From assembly GCA_013239625.1 (NCBI GenBank), contig MU057344.1:9398727-9462726 (forward strand): 64,000 nt of DNA, in the 5' to 3' direction. Under the pieces are notes generated by a model, which was not told the origin of the DNA, did no database searches, and saw nothing but the letters and a program-made list of their open reading frames with translations. The translations under genes and the position numbers were made by a program. Source of the stretch: Lama guanicoe (taxonomy: Eukaryota). The stretch's first letter is position 1. Each line of letters opens with the position of its first letter. Below, piece after piece: positions 1 to 10,896 of this stretch.

Positions 1-62
1 ATGCAAAGAGCTCAGCGCAGTGCTTGACACGCAGTAAGCACTTAATAAATAGCCATCATTAG
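1..62 (+). mobile_element. MIR SINE, 3' tail fragment
   Basis: cagtgcttgacacgcagtaagcacttaataaat resembles the MIR/L2 3' tail (cagtgcctggcacatagtaagcgctcaataaat). Confidence 0.65.
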
Positions 63-774
63 CAATGTTAGTGTTTCTGTGGTCATGGCTGTCTTCCTCT
101 GAGCAAGGCGTGGACAGCACCAGCCTGAGACATTAGCATCGCTCCTGTGTGGTCTGAAAGCCTTGAGAAACAGAAGGCAAGTGGTGGAAGTAGTCCGTAG
201 AAGTTCAGATGTGGGGCTTGCATGAAGCCCGGCTCTCTCAGCACAGACACCAATTCGAGGTAACTAGGAAGAGGAGGGGATTTATCACAGAGGGTCAGGG
301 CGAGGCAGCTTGGTCCCAGGAGGGACTGGAACCAGAGATGAGAAAGGTGGCAGGCCCCACCCCTGCTCCATGCTGCTCTGAGTCCCATCCATTTCACACT
401 GTCTTCTTTCCTCACCTATCCAGCTGCCTTTCTGACATCCAGACCACACGCTGGAGTAGGACCGCTCAGGCAGCTTCCCCCCTGTGTGTCCACTCACCTC
501 ATCTCACTCCATGTCTCAGCCCCTACTGCAGACCTCTGGGCAGTGCTGGCAGGGCCGGTGGCTGTGAGCGAAATGAAAAATGATGGGGTTGGGAGGTGGG
601 GACACAGAGCTGTGAGAATGGACGGGGTTCAAGCTTTCAATATTCCCAGGGCATTGATCCCCGAGAGCTGCCCGCAGGGTCAGGGCAGACTCCAGGGTCA
701 GGTCAGGATCACGCCTGCTCCAGGATCACGGGAGTTAGGCAGCGGCCATGGTAATACTCCTGGTGATGATAAAC

Positions 775-1000
775 CTGAGTACTGTCACCCAGTACTCACT
801 CTGTGCCAGGCGCTCTTCCAAGTCCTTTATTTGCATTGATTAGTCCAAGCTTCAAGACTGCAAAGTAGGCATGGCTTTTACCTTCACGGGAGAGATGAGA
901 AAAGTGCTGCCCAGAGAGGTGGAGTAGTTTTCCCAGCGAGTAACGGATAGAGGCAGGACTTGAACTCGGGACCTCTGACTCCAAAACTCATGGCTTTTAA
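775..1000 (-). mobile_element. MIR SINE
   Basis: ctctgtgccaggcgct...cccagagaggtggagtagttttccc...ggacttgaactcgggacctctgactccaaaactcatg is the MIR reverse-complement layout. Confidence 0.75.
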
Positions 1001-1594
1001 GAGGCATACCCACTTCAGTGGGAGCAGTCTGGACCACCCCCCACCCCACCTCCGCCTCAAGCTTTTCTCTGGCCACGAACTTGGGTTTCTAAGACCCAGG
1101 CCACATTTATCTTTAGGTCCACGATGTGACCCTAACCACATCCCTCCCCTCTCTTGGGATGCATTCCAGCCGCCCCTCGACTTGAGTCCATCAGCTCCTA
1201 GGTCCCGCAGGCCCCATCAGGACGGAGTCCGTCACCACCTTGCCCAGGCTTCCTTCACACCGTTGCACACGCCATCGCCACTTCTGTCTTGGCCTGTGTT
1301 GTTACTTGTGGTGTGTTCTTGCTCTGCATTGAAACCCACAGGCACTTCTCAGTGCCCATCACATGACTCTGGGTTTGAGGAAGCAGGTGATAGATCTTTA
1401 TCAGCAAGGCAAATCCTTGGTTTTAAGGGTTTATTTTATTGTCTCCTTTTTAAACCTGACCAGGTGTGTAACTTACGCCTTTTCCATTGGTGCCAAGGTA
1501 ACATTTTGCCATAAGACTCAATTGTCTGATTCTGGGAAGATGCTCTAATATCAAATTTTTTTTTCGGTCTGCAATCCTGAGCTGGTCACCCAGC

Positions 1595-2285
1595 TTTTAA
1601 AAATTGTGCTTAAAATATACATAACATAAAATTTACCATTTAAGCACTCTAAAGTGTACAATTTAATAGGCTTTAGTACATTCACAATGTTGTGTAACCA
1701 TCCCTGCTAGCCCATGCCAGAATACTTCATCAACTATGAAAGGAAACATTGTACCCATTAGGCAGTCACTCCCTCCCTCTCTCCCCCTAGTGCTTGGCAA
1801 TTATTAATCTGCTTTCCGTCTCTGTGGATTTGCCTATTCTGGATGTTTCATATAAACGGAATCATACAATATGTAGCATTTGTGACTGGCTTCTTTCACT
1901 TAGTACCATGTTTTCGCGGTTCATCCACGTTGTGGCATGTATGAGAACTTAATTCCTTTTTAAGGCTTAATAATATTCCATTGTATGATTAAACTACATT
2001 TTCCTTATCCACTCATCCGTCAGTTGATGAACACTTGGGTTGTTTCCACCTTTGGCTATTATGACTAGTGCTGCTGTGAGCATTTATGGATAAGTGCTTG
2101 AACATCCATTTTCAATTCTTTTGCTTACATACCTAAGAGTAGAATGGCTGGTTCACAGGGGAACTCTACATTTAACTTACTGAGGAAGTGCCACACTGTG
2201 TTCCACAGTGGCTGCACCATTTTACCTTCCCACCAGCAAGGCATGAGGGTTTCAGTTCCTCCATGTCCTCGCCTACAGCATCAAC
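1595..2285 (-). mobile_element. LINE-1 3' end (L1MB-like), 5'-truncated
   Basis: aaaatttaccatt...aagtgtacaatt...tctgtggatttgcctattctggatgtttcatataaacggaatcatacaatatg...ttccacagtggctgcaccattttaccttcccaccagc is classic antisense L1MB 3'UTR/ORF2 end. Confidence 0.9.
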
Positions 2286-2368
2286 TTTTGACTCACGGAA
2301 TGAGTTTTATTACAACAACGGGGGGGGGGGGGAAAATCCCAACATTTTTAAGCTAAATTTATTTAAAG

Positions 2369-2521
2369 NNNNNNNNNNNNNNNNNNNNNNNNNNNNNNNN
2401 NNNNNNNNNNNNNNNNNNNNNNNNNNNNNNNNNNNNNNNNNNNNNNNNNNNNNNNNNNNNNNNNNNNNNNNNNNNNNNNNNNNNNNNNNNNNNNNNNNNN
2501 NNNNNNNNNNNNNNNNNNNNN
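2369..2521. other. Assembly gap (N run)
   Basis: 153 N. Confidence 0.99.
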
Positions 2522-3384
2522 AATACCTGAATTATTTAGGCTTCATTTATTTAATGAGACCATATTAAAGCAAGAACTGGAAACTTGTGAGCATTTTAAT
2601 GCAAAATACATCCAAGAATTTGAGATAGATGAAAAGCAAAGGTTGTTTAACATGTAGGGATAAATTTGATCATTAGTTCATATCTGTGGACCATATAAAT
2701 GACAAGATCATAAAATCCATGGAGCTTCTTGTGGTGAGGCTGTGCCCCATGATGTGATTCATTTGGTATATTTTTCTACGAAAATGTACAATAGCCCATC
2801 TCAGTGACATCTGGACTTGTCTGCATAAAATGAGTGTTTAGGGTCACATTATTATTATTTCGTGCTCTGTACTTCATCTGATCTATTAAAACAGAAGCAC
2901 AGTATGGTATGCTGTTATTCTCTTTCTGAAAGCATGAAGAAATTTTATGTGTACCTTCTATTTTTGCTAATGACACAAAATGTTGAAACTTGTTATTTTT
3001 CTCTTCTGCCACCCCATGAATGTGCTACCCTTATCTGAAGCCTAAATAAATACTCATTAATGTACAGTGAAATTCAAATGAGCACTTCATATAAATAAGC
3101 CTGCTATAGAAATACACATTTCTTCAAATTTGTAGACTGAAATAACATGAAATAAATTTAACATCATTTCACATTCAGAACCACCAACCAAATACACTGG
3201 TTTTTATGACTCAATTTCCTAAACCCAGGCAGGTAAGAAAGCGTATATATGTCTCTTCATTCTGTAATCCATCATATCTCTTACTATTTGGTTGAGATTT
3301 TTAGAAGCCAAATGGAGAAGAATATGCATTCTAAGATGATGGGCTGATGGAGGGGACAAAGTGGAGTGAAGTTTGCTTTTTCCT

Positions 3385-3522
3385 TCATTTATTCATTGTT
3401 TTTTCTTTTGGACAAATGTTTATTTGTCCAAGCACTACTGTGTGCCAGGTGCTGTTTTGCAGCTGGAGATTCAGTGATGAACTGAAAAAAAAACGTGGTT
3501 GCTGGCCTCGTGGAACTTAACA
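3385..3522 (-). mobile_element. LINE-2 3' end
   Basis: ttcatttattcatt...ctactgtgtgccaggtgctg...gctggagattcagtgatgaac...gcctcgtggaacttaacagt. Confidence 0.75.
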
Positions 3523-3750
3523 GTTATCTATTGCTGCATAACGAATCATCCCCAAATGGAATGGTGTAAATCAACACCCTACCACACTCATAGTTTTGTG
3601 GGCCAGGAATTTGAGTGTGGTACAGCAGGGTGGTTCAGCTCTGCTCCAGAGTGACTGGGTCCTCATCTGGGGTGAATTGAGGTGGCCTGAGCCCTACGTC
3701 TGAAGCCTCACTTAAGACGGATGGCTCGATTCCTTGGTTCTTCTCACACC
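3522..3750 (-). mobile_element. MaLR LTR (MLT1F/G/H-like) fragment
   Basis: agttatctattgctgcataac...gtgggccaggaatttg is the reverse complement of the MLT1 3' end. Confidence 0.75.
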
Positions 3751-3849
3751 ATTTAAGACCATCTTTAATCTGCCACCGAGGGAGGCAGACGTTAAAGATG
3801 TATTCACATAAATAACTATTACAGTGAAGACAAAGTACAGGCTTCTTTA

Positions 3850-4390
3850 GAATAATCAGGACTTCTTGATCACAAATGACAGAAACTCTACCCAGTCGGG
3901 CAAATGAGAAGAAGGGAGTTAACTGATCCCCTAACTGGGAAGTCTGTGGCTGAGTCCTGCTGCTGTAATGGGTGGTCCAGAATCTCATTCCCTGTCTCTC
4001 AACAAGAGTTACCTTTTTACCCAGTTGGCTTCATTGTCAGATGGGAGCTCCTTAAATAAAAGCTTCACATTTCTGTCAGTTCAGCCAACCCAACTGAAAA
4101 AGAGAGGGTCTCTTTCAATAGTCCCCATCAGATTGTCCTGGAATGAAATCTTGTTGGCCACGTGTAGGTCACAAGCCCTCTCCTGGACCAACCACTTTTG
4201 CCAGGGAGACCACTTGCTTGGAATGGCCAGGTGTGGACTGTGTGCTCCGCTCTGGGACCTGGGAGTGGCATCAGCCGTACCTGAACCACAGGTGGGGAGG
4301 GGCATTTCCACAAAAGGGAACGAGCGTTTCTTCTATTAGAAGAAGAGGAAAATAGATGTAACCACGCCAACATGGAAAGTACCCATTACA
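3850..4390 (-). mobile_element. MaLR LTR (MLT1K/L-like)
   Basis: aatgacagaaactc...taactgggaagtc...ttggccacgtgtaggtcacaagccctctcctggaccaaccact resembles old MLT1 LTRs. Confidence 0.65.
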
Positions 4391-4494
4391 CTAGCCTAAA
4401 AACACAGTGACCTGCCTTGAAGAGTAGGTCCACATATGGACCAAGGAGGACCTTGTGTCCAGTTATTCAAACTGCAGTTATTAAGTTTTGGTTG

Positions 4495-5067
4495 TGTAGG
4501 AAGCCCTGGACTAGCTGTAACTGGGATACAAAATGAACAGACAAATGGTTGATGCAGGGGGTTCAAGGGATCAAGGAAAAAGATATGACCACTAGGTGGC
4601 AGTAGCACACACAGGCTTTCCTGGATGACCCTTTGGCAGTTTGCATAACGGGAATTTCTGCGCAGCAGGTGGCTGTCCAGAGGTCCAGGGGGTCATACTC
4701 AGAGGGGAGGAGGGCAAGGAACTCCTCAAGGAGAGAAGGGTCCTAGAGGGGACTTACATGTCCAAGTGATGTCACACACCAGCACAGTGGGGAGTCTGGG
4801 TCAGAAACCAGCAGGGGCTTGGGGCCTTTTTGTCCCAGGGCTTATCAATGGCTGTTCATGTTGGGCATGGTATTGTGGGGTATGCAAAGCAGACAGGCTC
4901 TAAATAGCCAAAAATCTGCATATTTGGGCTATATTTAAAACAATTGGATGTGTAAACATTTGAGTTTGGCACCTGCTGGTTTTTGAGCTAATGGGTCTCA
5001 GCCTGCAGTGAAGAAATAAGCAACCTAGGCCAGTACACAGAGACCATCTTGGCTTATTTATGGAACA
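4495..5067 (-). mobile_element. ERVL solo LTR (MER74/MER73-like)
   Basis: TG...CA ends; the reverse complement starts tgttccataaataagccaagatggtctctgtgtactggcctaggttg...gctgagacccattagctcaaaa, as I recall for MER74/73; about 573 bp. Confidence 0.7.
4586..4604 (+). promoter_or_regulatory. CTCF-binding motif
   Basis: TGACCACTAGGTGGCAGTA aligns over 19 bp with the CTCF core consensus (CCACYAGRKGGCAS). Confidence 0.55.
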
Positions 5068-5149
5068 AAGATGCAATAATTACCCTCAATTATAAACGTA
5101 GCAACTAGTTAATATCAGCCAGTGGAAGACTGGAAGGACAAACTGTGTA

Positions 5150-5385
5150 ATAATAATCATAAGAGTTAATGCTTTTTACACACTTACCGTGTGATGTGCT
5201 GTCACGTGCTTTATGCAATGATCTCATTTACTTCTCAGAGCAGCTCTGTGAAGTAGTTACTGTTGTTACACCCGTTCACAGACAGGAAAACTGAGGAGTT
5301 AAGTAAGTCACCCAAGGTGATACAGCTAGTTGAGGGGCAGACAAGACTGAGATCAAGGCAAACTGGCTTCAAGAGTCCGAACTTC
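5150..5385 (-). mobile_element. MIR SINE
   Basis: atctcatttacttctcagagcagctctgtgaagtag...cagacaggaaaactgaggagttaagtaagtcacccaaggtgatacagctagt. Confidence 0.85.
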
Positions 5386-5724
5386 TCAGACTGAGTGCCA
5401 GCATCTTCAGAGAGCTGGGTCACCTTTCCCGGCTTTAGCTTCCTCACCTTGGAAATTGTGAGGATATTACCAGGTGATACCCCATGGCCAGCCTGACACT
5501 CTGTATTCCTAGGATTGTTGTGTGTGGTGTCCCAGGTGGAAACACACCAGCGCAGGCTCCTTGGCTACATCCAAAAGGGAGTGGTGAGACTGGAGTGGGA
5601 GGAGGTAGGGTACCAGAAAGGCAGTAGGTTTGCCCAAAGAAGAGCAGTGGGGAGATGGAGGGAGCAGCAAGTGCTTGGTGTGCTGGGTGGTGGAGGCTGG
5701 ACGGGGTATAACGGAGGAGTCATG

Positions 5725-5960
5725 TCTGTGGGCTCTGCCTCGATGTGAATCCTGTTTCCTTCCCTGACTGGGTCCATCATCTTGGGTGAGTCCCTTCACC
5801 TGAGTTTCCTCATTTGTACGATAGGAACAATGCTGATGACACAGCAATAGAATTGTTGGGGTGCTGAAATGAGGTAATGCCTGTTAAACATGTGGCACCA
5901 GGCTTGCAAATAGTGAGTCCTCCATAGATGAGTGCTGTGATGTTGTAAATGATTATTATT
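5725..5960 (+). mobile_element. MIR SINE
   Basis: cttgggtgagtcccttcacctgagtttcctcatttgt...aaatgaggtaatgc MIR core. Confidence 0.75.
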
Positions 5961-6409
5961 ATCAGGGAAGGAACTATAAGGTAGGAGAGAGGAGGTTCAG
6001 GAAATATGGGGAGGGGAGCATGAGTGAAGGGCTTCAAACCCTAGCCATTTTTAGTGCATCAAATGTTTACTGTGTGCCAGGCACTCTGCCATCTGCTTGT
6101 TTCACACTTGCCAAAAAAATTCTGGACATGTTTCCAGCCCTTTTATTGTGCCCCACTTGGCTGCTGGTGGTGGTGTAACACATACTTGGGGTGTTGTCTC
6201 TAACAAGACATTTTTCTGGATCCGAAGTGTGGGTGTTGTGGCAAGATTGTGAGACTGGGCATTGGAGAGTCATGACCATGTCTGTTATGTAAATCTCTCG
6301 GCGCTTCAGATTGAGCCCAAGTGCTCTTCTTTGCTAAACACCAATGACACATGGTGAACAAAGTTTCATTCTTGCCTTTGAGGGAGTTACCATCTAGACT
6401 GAGACTGCA

Positions 6410-6790
6410 GCAGTCACCTTTCATGAGGCTATGCTCCAGTAACAAATGCCACCCCATCCCGCCCAACTCCCAAATTCTGGTGCTTTGCAATAGCAAGGGT
6501 TTGCTTTTCACGCACATGTGAAAATTTTTTCTCCACATTCTGGCATCCAGGCTGTTCTCATGGCAAAGGGTAAAGAATAATAGTAAAACCACGTGATGGC
6601 TCTTAAAGCTTCCACTTGGACATGGTATTGCTCAGGTCTGCTCATATTCAATTGGCTATAGGAAGTCCCATGGTGAAGCCTGGCATTATTTTAAGGTAGG
6701 AAGTACGTTTCTCCATGAAGGAGGGTCACTAGGGCAGGCTCTGTAGGAACAGGTTCAGAGAGAAGTAGTTTGGGAACCAAATTAGATCTA
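6410..6790 (-). mobile_element. MaLR LTR (MLT1I/J-like) fragment
   Basis: aggctatgctccagtaacaaat...atggctcttaaagcttcc...ctgctcatattcaattggc...aagtcccatgg. Confidence 0.6.
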
Positions 6791-8129
6791 CTGAAGATGG
6801 ATTCTTAAGCAATTACAATATAATACGGAAAGTTCTCTGATGGAAGTGTCTATTCTTTGAGAAGAGAAGGGTGTGTTAACAACTTCAATGTGTCTTGAAT
6901 TTAGAACAAAGTGAAATTTAGAGCGTATTTTAGATACTGAGCTATAGTTTTATTTATTTCAAGAATAGATAGAGCCTGGAATAGATGCATTTTGAGAGCC
7001 CCCAATTCACCAGCCTAGTTCGAGTGGAAGCATTGACAGTAATTCATCCTTTCCAAGAAGTGCCGTGAGGAGTTTTATTGATACCAGTGTCTCTGTGTCT
7101 ATAAGCAAAGGACTTGGGGAGTGGGTGGGGTACCCTCAGAATGACTTGGGGAGAAGGGCTTGTTCATGAGAACATGATGTCCACATATGGGGAGGTAAAG
7201 GAAGGCAGAACGGCTGTGGAAAATGTGGCATGAGTCATGCAGAGATTGGTCCAGGGTTCTGGGAAGGTTATTTGAATGCCTACTCACGTGTTCCCCTTAT
7301 AGCTCAGTGTGCCCCAGCCTTCCTGCTTGCAAGTAATGTAGAGAAGATAGAGGGTTTAAAAGTTTACAGTCACAACTCCAGAAAGTCACTTATTTTTAAC
7401 TTTCTATCGTGAAATTCAGGTTAGATCTGGAGTCAACATTTCCACTGATAACTCAGTCACTTCTGTTTGAAAACTTAGTATCTTCTGGGTAAATAGCGAG
7501 TAAATTCAAATTGCCCGCCTCCCACCCAATTCTCTTTCCCTGCTCTTTGGGTTCTTGGGAGCTTATAAACTGTCCTGACTTGGGGATGTGTGTCTGGTCC
7601 GTGAATTTCCTTCTGGACACGTCTGGACTCACTGGCGATGTCTTCAGCCCCAGTGATGCTAAGGGAGACTTGGGTGGAAAGGTGAGGGTGGGACGGCAGT
7701 AGCGCTATCTCAGATCTTCTTTGACTTAAAATACCTCATGGCTGTCATCTCTACCCTTGTATTGGCATGTCCAGTAAGAGACTGCCCCACCCAGCTAACT
7801 AGGGCGGGACAAAAGGCATTGAGTCCCTCTGCTTGCAGATCCCCAAATCTATCTGGGTGTTTTTCACCATCTCCTTTGGAGGACAAGGATTCAGGTGAGG
7901 CAGAAGTCAGGTCCCATGCCTTCTCATCTTCCTCTATGATAGCTAAGGTCCTCCCCTAGTCCAGGGAAGGATTTGAGAGTCTTCCTGTGCAGTGAGACGC
8001 TACTCTGATGTCCTGTTCTGTTTTCTTCCTTCTCCATGGCTTGCAGTTGTAACTCCAAGCTCAGCTGTCCAAGGCTGATTCTCCAAGGCTGAAAATTAGC
8101 TTTTTTTTTTCATTTATGTGAATAAAAAT

Positions 8130-9810
8130 TCCCATCTAATGTTGTTTTCCTTCTGCCTAAAGAAATTTCTTTAACGTTTCTTTTAATGGAAGTCTACTGG
8201 TGATGAGTTCTCTCAGCTTTTGTTTCTCTAAAAAAGTCATTATTTCACCTTCATTTCTGAAAGATATTATTACTGGTTATAGAATTCTAGGTTGACAAAT
8301 GTTTTTCTTTTTTTTCCTTTCAGTACTTTGGCATGCCTAGATTATCTTCTGGTTTGCATAGATTCTTATGACAAGTCTGACATCAATCTTACCTCTGTTC
8401 CTCTGAATGCAATATGCCTTCTTTCTCTGGCTGATTTGAAGATTTTCTCTTGCTCATCGAGTTTTTGTTTGTTTAGCAATTTGCTTATAATATGCCTTGG
8501 TGTAGTTTTCTTTTGTGTTTCTCCTGCCTGAAGCTTATTGAGATTCTTGTATTTGCAGGTTTATAATATTATCAAATTTGGAAAAAAAATTTCCTATCAT
8601 TTCTTCAAACACTGTTTCTGTCCCTGCCCCTCCCCAACCCACTAATCTCCAAGTGCATGTACGTCAGACAGCTGTATATTGTCCAACAGACTCTGCTTAT
8701 TCATTCTAGATAGTTTTATTACTGTAATTTCAAGTTCGCTGGTCTTTTCTTCTGCATTGTTTAATCGGCTTTGAATTTCGTCCAGCAAAAATTTCATTTT
8801 GGATATTTTATTTTTTCATCCCTAGAAGCTCCATGTGGTTCTGATTTAAATATTCTATTTTTCTCCTCATTATAATCCTGTTTTATTTTACTACCTTGAG
8901 TGTGCAAAACACGCCTGTAATAGCTGTCTTAGTAGCCATGTTTCTCTTTGCCATCAGTGGTTACTCTGTTTCTATAAACTGACTTTTCTCCATGCTACAA
9001 GTTGCACTTTCTTCTTTACATGTCTGGTAATTTTTTATTGAATTCAGAGCATTATGAATTTTGTATTTGGGGGCTAGATTTTGTCAGACCTCTACCAAAA
9101 ACATCCTTTTTTTTTTCCTGGCACATATTTTAGTTACTTGCAGATCAGTGTGATCCTTGCAAGGCTTATTTTTAAACTCTTTCCGGATAGGCCTAGAGTG
9201 GCCTTTATTTTAGGGGTCATTAGCTTCATTTCTAAAGCTTTATCCTTCTAGAGTCTCTGCTGAGTGTGCTCTGAATTCCAGCAGAGCCCCTCGCTTTGGC
9301 TGGTGACCACGCAAACAATCTGTGGTCCTGCAAGATCTCTTGCGATTGCTGGGCTGACAGCTCCCCGCAATGTAAGTGGTCTCTCTTGGAATGTTTTCTT
9401 GCCAGATCGTGCAGGGTTTCATCCCAGCCATACATCCGATTGATATAATCATCAACTCAGTATTTGTGCAGATTTCTGGAGATCTCTGTGTAATTCCCTC
9501 TTCTCCAGCACTTTGTCTTGCAAATTATAGCAAACATAGCCTGTCCTATCTCTGTCTCTTCAGTTTAGTGAATTGCTGGGCTCTCCTTGGGCTCCCCTTC
9601 CCACGCTCAAGTCTGAACGTTCCCTTTTTGCAGAGTGCAGGTGGTGATGGGATGTCACTTTTTCTTGCTTTCCTAAAGGATCACCATCCCACGCTGTTGT
9701 TCAATGTCTAAAATCACTTGTTTTTGAGATGGCAGACAGACTGCTAGTTATTTACAGCCAGAGGGTAATCTGAATCCTCTCACTCCCTCATGGCCCAGGG
9801 CAGGTGTCCT
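8130..9810 (-). mobile_element. Ancient LINE-1 5'/ORF1-region fragment (L1MC/L1ME class)
   Basis: agtctactggtgatgagttctctcagcttttg...tttatttcaccttcatttctgaaagat...tagaattctagg...atcaaatttggaaaa; T-rich antisense L1 signature. Confidence 0.8.
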
Positions 9811-9992
9811 CAGAGTGATTCTGTTCTGTGCTGGTTTTGATGATTACTTCTCAACCTCAGAATTGTGGTTTGTGCAGCGGTTTTCCTGAGAATGTGTAGA
9901 ATTTACTTAGTCTTGGTTTGAAAGGATAAATTTACCTGAATGCGATAGAAATTCTATAAGGAAAGAAGTTTTAATTGGAGGAAATGTAAGGA

Positions 9993-10200
9993 AATCAATT
10001 CAACGAGATTTACTGAGCATCTTCTATTTTCTAGAAAATTTCTTAAAGGTTGGGCATAGAACCATAAACAAAGAGTTGTTTTTTTTTAAGTCTCTGCCTT
10101 TAGCAAGCACATTGTGGCAAAAGAGGCAACAAGCATAAAAAATAAGTGGAATCTTAAAATCTATGCCGTGTCAGACAGCAAGTGCTATGTGAATTATAGA
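9993..10200 (-). mobile_element. LINE-2 3' fragment
   Basis: attcaacgagatttactgagcatcttctat...tctctgcctt. Confidence 0.55.
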
Positions 10201-10404
10201 AAAATGATAATCCTCCCAGCACACATGTGGTACTGATCGGAAATCAAGGCCACTGTCCCTTCATAAAACTTAATGATAGAAGCCATCTGTTTAGAGGCAA
10301 AATAGCAACCATATTACCATAAATGTAAATCAACTCTAGGGCTCTCCTCTCATGCCCTGTTAATCTCTGTAATTTATAAACACTTACTGCAAAGTCATCT
10401 TCAT

Positions 10405-10560
10405 AGAAGTATTTGCTAACTTGTTTCTTTCCAGTGTCTCCAACAGGACTGAACTCTCCCTGAGGGTAAGCATCACATCTGGTTTTGCTCACGACTGCAT
10501 CCCCAAGCCTATTTCCATATAGGCCTGGCATTTGGAGAGAGTTCAGTTTGTTACTGTGTT
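10405..10560 (+). mobile_element. LINE-2 3' fragment
   Basis: gactgaactctccctgagggtaagc...ttttgctcacgactgcatccccaagcct...ggcctggca. Confidence 0.6.
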
Positions 10561-10738
10561 TGTTAACACGTGTGGAAGAGACTTGTGCATGGATCAGGTT
10601 CTTGGTGCATGCCTGGATTACACCTTAGATGTACACCCGCACTTCTCCCTTTAAAATTACCAGCCAGTTTCTCTTTGAAAGTTACCTGCTGTGATTTGAC
10701 TTTTCTTTCTTTCTTTCTTTCTTTTTTTTTTTTTGCAG

Positions 10739-10896
10739 CGGTGCAATCATTGCACACCCTAAATGACCAGATATCCCATTTTATTGTCACCAAGTCGAAG
10801 GCATTGGAGGAGGACCAGGACCCTTTTCTGCCCGCTGAGAAGGAGACGTTGAAGAGTTCCATGATACTAATGAGGCACCTCTTAATGGATGCTCAG
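10739..10896 (+). CDS. KAZN: Internal coding exon: exon 2 of the long (upstream-promoter) kazrin isoform; peptide (A)VQSLHTLNDQISHFIVTKSKALEEDQDPFLPAEKETLKSSMILMRHLLMDAQ
   Basis: Very strong acceptor ((CTTT)n-T run-GCAG at 10700-10738); donor CAG|GTACAA at 10896/10897; 158 bp, phase 1 to phase 0, open frame. The peptide is recognised from memory as the N-terminal extension ahead of kazrin's MMEDNKQLALRIDG start, and 158 bp fits the recalled c.92-c.249 exon of the long human KAZN transcript. Confidence 0.85.

Noticed and set aside
960-1514. 184-aa ORF
   Set aside because: Starts inside a MIR at a non-ATG codon; no recognisable domain or splice structure
2319-2332. Poly-G run
   Set aside because: Next to an assembly gap; could be a homopolymer or sequencing artefact, and nothing supports a function
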